From an uncultured Planctomycetota bacterium (GTDB lineage Bacteria > Planctomycetota > Planctomycetia > Isosphaerales > Isosphaeraceae): a stretch of 64,000 nucleotides of DNA. Both the position numbers and the translations under genes were made by a program. The notes under the pieces were generated by a model. The model searched no databases. It was not told the origin of the DNA and saw only the letters and a program-made list of their open reading frames with translations. Shown here one piece after another: positions 44,041-53,868 of the stretch. The stretch lies in the NCBI GenBank assembly GCA_963845755.1, contig CAWJTV010000031.1, forward strand, positions 128,001 to 192,000, given 5' to 3'. Position 1 is the first letter of the stretch, and each line of letters starts with the position of its first letter.

Positions 44041-45930
44041 TCACTTCCCCGACGTCGCCGGCATCGGCGACTCGGCGGGGGGTGTGCTGCCGCCGGTGTC
44101 GTTGACGGCGGGTTCTTGGGTCCCCTGCTGGCCGAACGGGCCAGGCATGCCCGCGGGTGGTGGCGCGGGCGGGAGCGGGGCGAGGTTCCCCGGTTCGGCG
44201 ACGGGCACCGTCTCGGGGCCGGGCGGGGCAACCGCGGGGGCCTCCTCGATCAGGGCCGGGTCGAGCTGATTGACCGGAGGGATGATGATCGTGTCGCCGA
44301 CGGTCAGGCGATCGAAGGCGGGGACGGCATCCTTGTTCGCCTCCCAGAGGGCCTTGCCATACCGGCTCGACCTGTAGTAGAGCAGAGAGATCGTCCGGAA
44401 GTTCTCGCCGGCGCGGACCGTGTGGGTGTACGGGAATTGACCGTGAAAGTCTGTCGGAGTTGAAATCGTCACCACACCACCACCGAGGGTTTGATAGGTT
44501 CTTACGATGGCAGACAGTTGCTCCGTCTTGGTGTCGATCAAGACCACTCTCGCATCCCTGAGGTCACGCTGGGAGAAAAGCACGTCGATGTATTCGATGC
44601 GGGCATTCTGAAAAAGATCCTCGGCGAATTGGACTGCGGAATCGAGCGTTTTCAACTGCTGTTTCTTGATCTCGATGCTGTTGCTGAAGTTCTCCACCAT
44701 GGACACGCTGTTGATAACCTGGGTAAAAGCCTCGAGGATGACGCGCTGGTAGTTGTAGATGGCCTGCAATTGCCTGGCGTTCGCGTCGAGGTACTGGGCC
44801 CTGATCGCTCTCTTGTTGACCAACGGCCCGACCAGGCCACCGGCGATACTGCCAAGTACGGCGTTCGGCTCGAACAGATGATTGAGGAGGAGGGACTGGA
44901 GGCCAACGCCGCTGGCGATCACCAGTTGAGGAAAGAAGTTGACCCGGGCGACCCTCACGTCGAGACCCGCGGCCGCCAGCTCGCGCTCGGCTTGGCGGAT
45001 ATCGGGGCGGTTCTGGAGCAGCTGCGAGGGGAGTCCGATGCTCAGCGGGTGAATTTTCAGATCGTAGAATCCCGAAGAATCGCGTTCGACACGCTGCGGG
45101 TAGCGATTGACGAGGAAGTTGATCCGGTTTTCGCCCTGGATGATCGCCTGATTAATGATCAACTTTTCGCTGTAGTTCCTTTGAACCTCGGCCTGGAAAC
45201 GCAGGACAGCCAGCTCGGTGCTGCGGGCTGCTTCCTTCCTGGCCTTGGCGATCTCGAGGCTTCGCTGGTTGAGCTCGATGATTTGATCCAGATTCTCAAG
45301 CCGTTTGTCGAGCCCCATGAGCCTGTAAAAATTCTCGGCAATGTCTGCGATCAGAGTGGTCACGAAGTAGTTCCGCTTCTCACTGGCGGCGACGTAGCGC
45401 TGCGCCGCCGCGTCCCTGGCATTCCGCAACTGCCTGTAGATGTCCACCTGCCAGGTGAGGTTGAGGCCCGTCCCGAAATTTCCCGACGGATTGGTAAAAT
45501 GCTTCCCGGGGAGATACGGGTCGTCGAGTATGCCGGCTCCTTCTTCCGTGAAGCGGCTGTATCTGTACAGCCCCGTGCCGGCCGCGACACTGACGAAGGG
45601 AAGATACGCCCCTGACCGCGCCAGAACTTCGTTGCCGGCGATCTGGACCTCCTCATTCAGGACCTTCAGCTCCCGATTGTCGAACAATGCCTTTTCAATT
45701 AAATATGTAAGCATGCGATCATTATAAAACTCTTCGATCCCGAGCTGAGACGAGTTTTCCGAGCTGGTCTCTCCCTTGAAGTCGGTCGGCAGGCCTGGTC
45801 CCGGTTCCGGATGACGGAGAGGGGGGATTCCGCAGGACGGCAGAACTAGCAGCATGATGGCGCAAGTGATCGCTCTTGTAATCACGCGCTTTATGTGCTT
45901 TGTGTTCGAAAGCCTCATGAACTGGTTCAT
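44041..45930 (-). CDS. TolC/NodT-family outer membrane factor lipoprotein with C-terminal LysM-like domain and Pro-rich tail
   Basis: Lipobox LVLPSC; PSQLLQNRPDIRQAERELAAA, YQTLGGG; then HTVRAGENFRTISLLYY...LWEANK...LTVGDTIIIP. Confidence 0.88.
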   Translation of the reverse strand: MNQFMRLSNTKHIKRVITRAITCAIMLLVLPSCGIPPLRHPEPGPGLPTDFKGETSSENSSQLGIEEFYNDRMLTYLIEKALFDNRELKVLNEEVQIAGNEVLARSGAYLPFVSVAAGTGLYRYSRFTEEGAGILDDPYLPGKHFTNPSGNFGTGLNLTWQVDIYRQLRNARDAAAQRYVAASEKRNYFVTTLIADIAENFYRLMGLDKRLENLDQIIELNQRSLEIAKARKEAARSTELAVLRFQAEVQRNYSEKLIINQAIIQGENRINFLVNRYPQRVERDSSGFYDLKIHPLSIGLPSQLLQNRPDIRQAERELAAAGLDVRVARVNFFPQLVIASGVGLQSLLLNHLFEPNAVLGSIAGGLVGPLVNKRAIRAQYLDANARQLQAIYNYQRVILEAFTQVINSVSMVENFSNSIEIKKQQLKTLDSAVQFAEDLFQNARIEYIDVLFSQRDLRDARVVLIDTKTEQLSAIVRTYQTLGGGVVTISTPTDFHGQFPYTHTVRAGENFRTISLLYYRSSRYGKALWEANKDAVPAFDRLTVGDTIIIPPVNQLDPALIEEAPAVAPPGPETVPVAEPGNLAPLPPAPPPAGMPGPFGQQGTQEPAVNDTGGSTPPAESPMPATSGK

Positions 45931-47036
45931 CCGCCTCGTCCTTGAGGAGTTGCGCTCGTCGGCAATCTCGCCGAAGAAGAAATAGTCGATCAACTCCTGG
46001 CTCGTGCACGGCCCATTCATGAGCGTCCTCAGCGAATGGTCGAACAGGCCATGCCCGCGGAGAACTATATATTGATCGACCAGGGCGGGTTGTGACTTTA
46101 GTAGCGGATTGCGCGATTGGGAAAAATGACCGGATCCCCCGGCGCTGAAATCGGAAACATCCCAGCTTTCGCATTTTAGCAATTGCCGGGTTCCAAATAC
46201 GACGCAATTTCGAGGGGCACACGTTCGCTAATCTGGCTCCGGGGCAATCGAAGCGGCCCTTGAGGGCTGGACTAACATCGGGCGTACCCTTGATATCTCG
46301 GCCAGCGCACGTCGAGGCAAGGTCGTACTGAAGTGATGTCAACGCTGATCGACCTCATCGATTATTCGACGATCTCACAGGAACTCTCTGGAAAAGCCAT
46401 TACGTCATCTGACATGCCCCTTTACCCCGTCGGCCGCCAGGCTGCGGACCGATTCTCCGACTCCCGGTGCCGCCTTTTCCCACGCGCTCAGTTCAAGCCC
46501 GAATCGCCACCGTTTTTCATGGCGTGCTGCGTCCGTGCGTCCGTGGTTGTATTGTGACTCGGTCGCAATTCGTCATGACTCGCCCGGTACTCACTCAAGC
46601 CTGGAATTGGGACGTACTCGCCGGACCATCTCCTCGACCCACCGAGGAAGAATCTGAGACGACCCTCTTGATTCCGACGATAACCGGTGTTAGAAGCATT
46701 TCTTTCGCTGAGCGATGAGATTTGTGTCGGTTTTGAATATGTGCGAAAACGCCGCATCGGCGCCGATTGCCGATGAAACCGCATCTCCTGAGTTTTGGCC
46801 GCGCGTTGTTGCACCACCAGGCTGTGATGCAATGCGGAATTGGTGGTACCAGAGGATCGGGAATTCCCTCAAGAATAATGGACGTCCCAACGATGCGCGA
46901 GTGCCAAGATCACAGGACGACGTGCAACATTCCTTGACGCGTCGGTGTACTGGTCGGCTGCCGGTGACTTTCGGGACAGCGAGCCGCTGCCTTGTGGGAT
47001 CAAGCGGTTGATCGAACGAGAACGGGCAGATTCCTG

Positions 47037-47900
47037 ATGGGACCGCTAGAACTCGTCAAACTGGATCGCCTCATGGATCGTTCGAGCGGGAGGTCTGAGA
47101 TCGTGGTTGCCTTGATCGACGGCCCGGTTGTCATCGATCATCCGGGCTTTGCCGCCGGTAACGTGCGCGAGATGGTCGGAACGCGAAATGCAGCCTGCGT
47201 TCGCTCCGCGAGCGCAGCTTGCCTGCATGGAACATTCGTGGCGGGCATACTCTTCGCGAGACGAGGATCAGCAGCACCAGCCATTTGTCCGGCGTGCACT
47301 CTATTGGTACGGCCGATTTTTGGGGAGACCCCCGCCTCGAACGAAGAGATGCCAAGAGCGACTCGGGAAGAAGTGGCGACAGCGATTACCGAATCTGTTC
47401 AAGCCGGAGCGAATGTGATCAACCTCAGTGCGGCATTCGCCAGACCGTCATCGCGAGGTGAACGCTCGTTGGAACTGGCGTTGGATTATGCGGCCAGGCG
47501 GGAAGTTCTGGTTGTCGCGGCCGCAGGAAATCAGGGAACGGTCGGCAGTTCAGCCATCACCCGTCATCCGTGGGTGATCGCCGTGATCGGCTGCGATCAG
47601 GACGGCAGGCCCACGGCGGAGTCGAACCTGGGAAGATCCATCGGCAGCCGAGGGTTGGCCGCTCCGGGACAGAACATCACCAGCCTGGGGACAGACGGAA
47701 GGCCCCAAACGTCCGGCGGTACCAGTGCGGCAGCTCCGTTCGTCACCGGCGCGATCGCCTTGCTCTGGTCGGAGTTTCCCGGTGCCAGCGCCGCCCAACT
47801 CAAGCTGGCCTTGACCCAGGCCGGCCAACCACCGAGAAGAACCATCGCGCCCCCCCTCTTGAATGCCTGGGCAGCGTATGAAGCTATGGCCATCAATTAA
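47037..47900 (+). CDS. S8 subtilisin-like peptidase, PatA/PatG-like protease domain, no signal peptide
   Basis: Triad ALIDGPV (Asp), HGTFVAG (His), GGTSAAAP (Ser); oxyanion AAGNQG. Confidence 0.9.
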   Translation: MGPLELVKLDRLMDRSSGRSEIVVALIDGPVVIDHPGFAAGNVREMVGTRNAACVRSASAACLHGTFVAGILFARRGSAAPAICPACTLLVRPIFGETPASNEEMPRATREEVATAITESVQAGANVINLSAAFARPSSRGERSLELALDYAARREVLVVAAAGNQGTVGSSAITRHPWVIAVIGCDQDGRPTAESNLGRSIGSRGLAAPGQNITSLGTDGRPQTSGGTSAAAPFVTGAIALLWSEFPGASAAQLKLALTQAGQPPRRTIAPPLLNAWAAYEAMAIN

Positions 47901-47915
47901 CCTGGAGGCAGCCCC

Positions 47916-48116
47916 GTGGACCGGCAATTCGACTCGACAAGCGATCGCCAACAGCACCCGACACATCAAGTACGGCTTCCCGGCTTCCTGATCGAAGAAG
48001 AAATCGGGCTCGGCGACGTGATCAAGAAAGCAACCTACGCCATGGGCATCAGGCCCTGCGGCGACTGTGAAAGGCGCGCGGCGGTCCTGAACCGCTGGAT
48101 GACCTTCTCTCGATGA
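47916..48116 (+). CDS. Small CxxC protein in the protease operon
   Basis: GGAGG RBS with GTG start; VRLPGF..EIGLGDVIKKAT..GIRPCGDCERRAAVLNRW. Confidence 0.75.
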   Translation: MDRQFDSTSDRQQHPTHQVRLPGFLIEEEIGLGDVIKKATYAMGIRPCGDCERRAAVLNRWMTFSR

Positions 48117-48145
48117 CAACGGCAACATACAGGAGGGCAACCACG

Positions 48146-49087
48146 ATGGCGCAATCTCAAGCGGAACTTCAAGAGCAAACCGAAACAGCATCACCTCTCC
48201 GGGATGACCCTCCGGCAGCCGTTGCACGTGCCTTCGGCGCCCCGGCCGGTGCCATCTCCCCACAGGCCTGCGCGACTTGCGGAACCGCGATCGCCAGCAA
48301 CGGTGGTCCCGTAACTCCAAGCACCTGGCTCTATGCGATCGGCAACATCGAGGCGCGCTTCCCGTCGCTTTCCCTGGAGAAGGAGTTCGCCCAGGCCACT
48401 GGCCGCGACAACACGTCGGGGCTCACCGACAGACAAGTGTTTCAGGCCGTGCTCTCCAAGCCCGAGAACCGCTACCTGGCGCGCCAGTGCTGCTACATCA
48501 TGATGATCGGTGGGCTCGACACTTACATCCTGGTGCCACGCGAGTACTGGGACGTGGCTCTGCTCGTGGGAACCATCCGCGCCAACCCCAGTCCGATGGA
48601 TCTGGACGTGGTCATCGGCACGAAGGGGCAGATTGCTCCGCCGCAGAAGTGCAACGGTTTGCTGCTTCCCGTCGTGGTCTTCGACCAGCTCTACTCATTC
48701 GACCGCGATGCCTTGATCAAGTCGATCCCGAAGCCGGAGAAGATTTCCGCCAAGGACTTTGCGCCTGCCGCCGAAGAAGTGTTCGACCGCGTCATGCAGA
48801 TCGCCGACAACGCGGGTGCCACCGACGAGCATCGCGCCTTGAACTACCTCGCCGTGCGTTACCCGGCGATCTACGCGAAGGCCGCCGAGTACTTCGCGCA
48901 GAATTGTTCGCTCACGGCGGTGGACGTCCAGGGGTCTCCGCTCAGTGGCGCGCGCAACGTGCTGGACGTGATTTTCTCCTACACCAACCGTAACACCGAC
49001 GTGCTGGAGAAGTGCTTTGTGCGGGTTGACGTGACCGACGAGTTCCCGTTCCTGGTCACCAAGCTGTCACCGTATTACGACCGGTGA
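48146..49087 (+). CDS. Stand-alone PatA/PatG C-terminal-domain protein
   Basis: AGGAGG RBS; LYAIGNI, ADNAGATDEHRALNY, RVDVTDEFPFLVTKLSPYYDR terminus typical of cyanobactin protease C-terminal domains. Confidence 0.82.
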   Translation: MAQSQAELQEQTETASPLRDDPPAAVARAFGAPAGAISPQACATCGTAIASNGGPVTPSTWLYAIGNIEARFPSLSLEKEFAQATGRDNTSGLTDRQVFQAVLSKPENRYLARQCCYIMMIGGLDTYILVPREYWDVALLVGTIRANPSPMDLDVVIGTKGQIAPPQKCNGLLLPVVVFDQLYSFDRDALIKSIPKPEKISAKDFAPAAEEVFDRVMQIADNAGATDEHRALNYLAVRYPAIYAKAAEYFAQNCSLTAVDVQGSPLSGARNVLDVIFSYTNRNTDVLEKCFVRVDVTDEFPFLVTKLSPYYDR

Positions 49088-49118
49088 GACACCCAAAATC
49101 GAGCAGGAGGTACGTACG

Positions 49119-49430
49119 ATGAGTTTTCCCGGATTTGGTGCGCAGAATTCGCTTTACAAATCGACCGGCTCTTACTGGATGGCCGGAAGTTTTGACCACG
49201 CTCAAGGAATCATCCCACAAACGATCACCTGTGGGCCGTGCCAATTGCAGAACAACGCGTGCGTGCGCCAGTGCACTATCTGTATCTTCCACAAGTGTCC
49301 TCCTGGTACGATCAATAGTTGCGACCCCGGCGGTTGCACGACCACGATCGAATCGTGCGCGTCCAGCCAATGTCCACCACCACCGCCGCCGCCGCCGTGC
49401 TGCCCCGCGGGCTGTCAGGGGACATGTTGA
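49119..49430 (+). CDS. Cys-rich putative precursor peptide (leader plus 14-Cys core)
   Basis: AGGAGG RBS; Cys-free 34-aa leader MSFPGFGAQNSLY...GIIPQ; core with 14 Cys and a Pro8 run. Confidence 0.8.
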   Translation: MSFPGFGAQNSLYKSTGSYWMAGSFDHAQGIIPQTITCGPCQLQNNACVRQCTICIFHKCPPGTINSCDPGGCTTTIESCASSQCPPPPPPPPCCPAGCQGTC

Positions 49431-49692
49431 GCCGACTTTGCGAGTTGTCATTTTGCGGCCGTGGGCCCGAGGGCACCCGAAGGGTCTCCTACTTCGGGCT
49501 CCACGTGTCCTCCCCCTCAATTCAAAGAATTTCGCAACACCTGCTTCGGGCAAACCGGGCGGCCACGGCCCGGTTGCCACACATTCGGGTGACTCCGTAC
49601 CACTAATTTCGAAAAGCCTGTACGCCGTGCACGAATTCATAACGTCTCGAGGTACAAGAGGTTGGGTCGGCAGAAGGCATCGAAGCATTCTT

Positions 49693-50008
49693 CTCTGTGC
49701 CCTCTGTGACTCTGTGGTGAGTCTCTTTTGATTGGTTGGTTGCGGCTCGGCCGCGCTGTGTTCAATTCGACCGAAGGCCCCCTCGGGCTAACGGTCGGCA
49801 TTCAAGATGAGAGCGCTTCAGGCCGGGGTCGCGCAGACCCGATACAAACCCGCTTCGTCAGCGAGGGTAATGCCGTCGAACCTTCGCTGAAGCTACGGGT
49901 TCGTATGAGTGTCCGGCTCATAGGCCCAGATTGGTGAATGATCTCTCGTGTAGGGCGAATGCAACCCATCATAACCCCAACTTGAATGGTGGGTTGCACC
50001 CATCCCAC
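49693..50008. repeat. Cluster of REP-like elements
   Basis: CTCTGTG three times (49693, 49702, 49710); inverted repeat 49842-49906; GTAG-led inverted repeat 49950-50008. Confidence 0.6.
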
Positions 50009-50166
50009 AAACCCGCAGGCGGGAGCAATTACCGATTTCGGCCGATGAGCCGCTTCTTCTTTCCCTCGCGCCCCGCCCGTTTTTCCGTGGCCTCTCGCTT
50101 GCGCTTCGACTTGGCTTGCCTTCGTTTCTTGTTCGACCTTGAAATCAGTTCCACAGTCTGCAACCG

Positions 50167-50922
50167 CTATTCGTCGCCATGCTGCGGCGGAGACTTGCCC
50201 ACGCGTTTGATTAAACGCGGGTACGTGACGGTCGGGATCGCTTTCTCGATCCGATCGATCTGAACCTGATGATACCATTCATCACCGGGGTCGAACCAGT
50301 AACCGAAGACACGGCCCTGCTTCAGATTCAGGTCGTCCAGCTTCGTCTGACCGGCGTCTCCTTCCGCTTTCTTCCGTGTTTGCGGACCGGGACCTCCATA
50401 ATTGGGTCCATCGGGATCGAACGGACGCTTGCCGAACTGGAATTCGTACTGAGAGTCGTCACGACGGTCATACGCCTGGAAGATGGCCTCATGCAGTTGT
50501 CCGAGTGTTTGGTCGCCTCGGATTTCGATCGCACGGCTGATTCGCGTGTTGGCGAACTTCTTACTGATTGGCCCACTCATCAAGAAGACCGAGACAACGT
50601 AGAGGTTCGTCGGAGGCGTTGCCGGGCCCTCGGCAGCGCGTCTCGGTTGGTCGGGAGAACGCGTCGGAGTCGTCGTCTGCTTGCGACTGTTCCAAGCCGG
50701 AATCTCGTCCTCAGGGACCAGAACCTGGAGCGAACGGGCCTGGCCGGGATGGCGCAGGATCAGCCCTTTCTTCTCGAGCATCTTCACCATCTGGTTCACC
50801 GAAGGCGGTGAGACGCAAAGGGCCGCCGCGATCTCCGATTCGGCAGGCGGGTATCCGTGCCGATTGATGTAGGCGAGAATGAACGAGAGATAACGACCTT
50901 GAGTCGGCGTGAAGTCAGCCAT
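50167..50922 (-). CDS. LexA/MarR-like HTH fused to a pRiA4b ORF3-like domain
   Basis: FTPTQGRYLSFI..HGYPPAESEIA..VSPPSVNQMVKMLEKKG; IEIRGDQTLGQLHEAIF..YWFDPGDEWYH..YPRLIKRVGKSPPQ. Confidence 0.8.
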   Translation of the reverse strand: MADFTPTQGRYLSFILAYINRHGYPPAESEIAAALCVSPPSVNQMVKMLEKKGLILRHPGQARSLQVLVPEDEIPAWNSRKQTTTPTRSPDQPRRAAEGPATPPTNLYVVSVFLMSGPISKKFANTRISRAIEIRGDQTLGQLHEAIFQAYDRRDDSQYEFQFGKRPFDPDGPNYGGPGPQTRKKAEGDAGQTKLDDLNLKQGRVFGYWFDPGDEWYHQVQIDRIEKAIPTVTYPRLIKRVGKSPPQHGDE

Positions 50923-51153
50923 AACATCGTTTCCGTCATGGGTGTGAGGCCAAGGTTGCGGTTTCCATGCTGGCTCGCCAATGACGCGATTCCACATCAT
51001 GAGAGCGACGGCTTCCCGAACGACCATTCAATAACGGATTCCAGTGTGCATGCGAATCGTCGAACGGCTTGAACGAGGAAAACGACCCGGCGTACATTGG
51101 GTTCTGCCGGTGACGTCAGAATCCCCATTCAAAGCTGCGCGGGTCGCCTCACG

Positions 51154-53840
51154 ATGCACGAACTGACAATCACACCACAAGGGCATCTCCTGGTTCGAGA
51201 AACGTCTCTCGATACTCCGGATCGGAAACTCTCGAAGGCGATGCTCGAGGCGTACCGTGAAAGTCCGGCCCGAGGAATGCTCTACTCTGCAAGTGCAGAG
51301 ATCGAAGCGGCGCTGCCGTCGTCTTTCGAGTTCGCACGATCGATCGCGCGCCTTTATCTCACGGACCTCTGCAAGGCCGCAACGGGCGAACCCGGCGAAT
51401 CCATCCCCGCACTCCCGCCTCCCGCGGCCGACCTCGAGCTTGCCATGAGGCAGGCGCCTCCGATGATCGGGCTGGAGTACCTGACACCGGAAGTCCTTTC
51501 GAATTGGTGGCAAGACCTCGATTCTCTCACACGGAGCGAAGTCGGAAAGCACTCCGGAGGAGCTCAAGGCTATCTGCGGGAGCGCAATCCTCATTGGCGT
51601 TTTGTCGGCCGTGTGACGTTTCATCTGGCCGAGAACAAGAGGGACCCCGAGTACCCGTTCGCGTTCCTGGCCACATTTGCCAACGGTCTGACACCGCAGG
51701 GAAAAGTGAAGCACGAACCGCTGGGGCGGGCGCTCCAGCAGTATGCCGGCGATCAGAACCGCGCGGCAATGCTGAATTTATTGCTCCCCATTTCGAAAGC
51801 CGCCGAATCCTCGGAATTGATTCGACGACTCGTCAACTCCGAGCAAATCTACCACCCCCTCGCGTGGACGCCGAGGGCTGCCTACGAATTCATCCAGGCG
51901 ATACCCCTCTTTGAATCCAGCGGTTTGATCGTACGGTTGCCAGACTGGTGGAATGCCCGGAAGCCGCTCCGGCCACTCGTCAGTGTGAAGATCGATTCGA
52001 AGAATTCGGCCGGCATCGGCGTCGATGCGATGATGCAATTCTCGATCGGCATGAGCCTCGAAGGAGAAACGCTCAGCCCCGATGAGATCGCTCGATTGCT
52101 CGAATCGACCGGGGGCCTGGTCCCGTTGAAAGGTAAGTGGGTCGAAGTGGATCCGGAGAAGTTGAAGCAAGCCCTCGAGCATTGGAAGGGCGTCGAGAAA
52201 GACGTCCGCCGGGAGGGTATCTCCTTCTTTGAAGGAATGCGTCTCCTCTCCGGAGCGAATCTCGCCCAAGAGGAAGACGGCAAGAGCCAGGCGGCGATTC
52301 GCGAATGGTCGGGTCTGACCGCCGGCGCCGAACTGGAGGAGATCCTCAAGGGCCTGCGTTCACCGGAGACCCGAAAGGAGAAGGCCCCCCCCGATTTGAA
52401 AGCGGACCTTCGCCCGTATCAGCAGACAGGCTACGCCTGGTTGCGATTCGTCGCTCGCCTGGGTCTGGGAGGCTGCCTGGCCGACGATATGGGCCTCGGC
52501 AAGACCGTGCAGGTGATCTCTCTGCTGCTCGATCTGAAGCGCGCAGGCCGAAGAACGCGAGCCTGCTCGTCGTGCCGGCGTCGCTGATCGCGAACTGGAA
52601 ATCCGAGCTGGCGAAGTTCGCGCCAAGTCTTTCTTTCGCCGTAGCCCATCCTTCGGAAGTGAAAGCAAGCACCGCTGAAGCCGGACTCGCGAATGCCGAC
52701 ACGTTCGATTTGATTATCACCACGTATGGCATGCTCGTCCGCACGGACTGGATCAAGCAGCATCGCTGGCAACTCGCGATCCTCGATGAGGCCCAGGCGA
52801 TCAAGAACTCCGGCACGAAGCAGACCCGAGCGTCGAAGGAATTGACCGCCGCCAGTCGGATCGCTATGACCGGCACGCCCGTCGAGAATCGCTTGTCGGA
52901 CCTCTGGTCGCTCTTCGATTTCTTGAACCCCGGATTGCTCGGATCCGCCAGGGAATTCAGCTCGTTCGTCAAACGCCTCCAGAACGCAGAGCCTCCCTCG
53001 TTCGAACCGCTGCGCAATCTCGTACGACCCTACATCCTGCGGCGGCTGAAGACCGACAAGCGGGTGATCTCCGATCTCCCGGATAAGACGGAGGTGAAAG
53101 CCTATTGTGCGCTGAGCAAGCACCAGGCTGCCCTTTACCAGTACGCAGTCGATGATCTCGCGGAGCAGTTGAAGGGTTCCGACGGGATCCAGCGTCGGGG
53201 GATCGTCCTGGCCCAACTGATGCGGCTGAAGCAGATTTGCAATCATCCCGCCCAGGTGGCCGGCACCAACGACTTCGCGGCCGAGCAGAGCGGCAAGTTT
53301 CGCCGGCTGGCGGAGATCGCCGAAGAGATCGCTTCCCGGCAGGAGAAGGTCCTCGTTTTCACGCAGTTTCGAGAGATCGCCGACCCGCTGGCTGGGTTCC
53401 TCGCCACGCTTTTCGGCCGATCCGGGTTGGTGCTCCACGGGGGGACGAGCGTCAAGAAGCGGAAGGAGTTCGTCGATCAGTTCCAACGCGAAGAGGGGCC
53501 GCCTTTCTTCGTATTGTCGCTGAAAGCGGGCGGCACCGGGCTGAACCTGACGGCGGCTTCGCACGTAATACACTTCGACCGCTGGTGGAACCCGGCGATC
53601 GAGAATCAGGCGACCGACCGCGCCTTTCGGATTGGCCAGAAGAAGAACGTGCTGGTCCATAAGTTCATCTGCCGGGGAACCGTCGAGGAACGGATCGACG
53701 AAATGATCGCGCGGAAAAGCCAGGTCGCAGGCGAAGCAATCGGTGGAGAAGACTCGGGCGAAGTCTTGCTGACAGAAATGGACAACGATACGTTACTGAG
53801 GTTCGTGAAGCTGGATTTGCACCAGTCGACCGCAGAGTGA
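51154..53840 (+). CDS. SNF2-family helicase (frameshift near 52550)
   Basis: LRPYQ, LADDMGLGKT, ILDEAQAIKN, TGTPVENRL, SLKAGGTGLNL, QATDRAFRIGQ. Confidence 0.93.
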
Positions 53841-53868
53841 TGAGATTCGCGCAACGCAGGACACTCCA

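Noticed and set aside
45930..47036. Long intergenic region as a riboswitch, ncRNA or further precursor peptides
   Set aside because: No recognisable RNA motif, and no small ORF with an RBS and PGF-type leader was found by eye; an Rfam scan would be needed
47037..49430. Canonical cyanobactin cluster
   Set aside because: No YcaO/PatD, PatF or oxidase, and no PatE-type LAELSEE leader or AYDG cassettes
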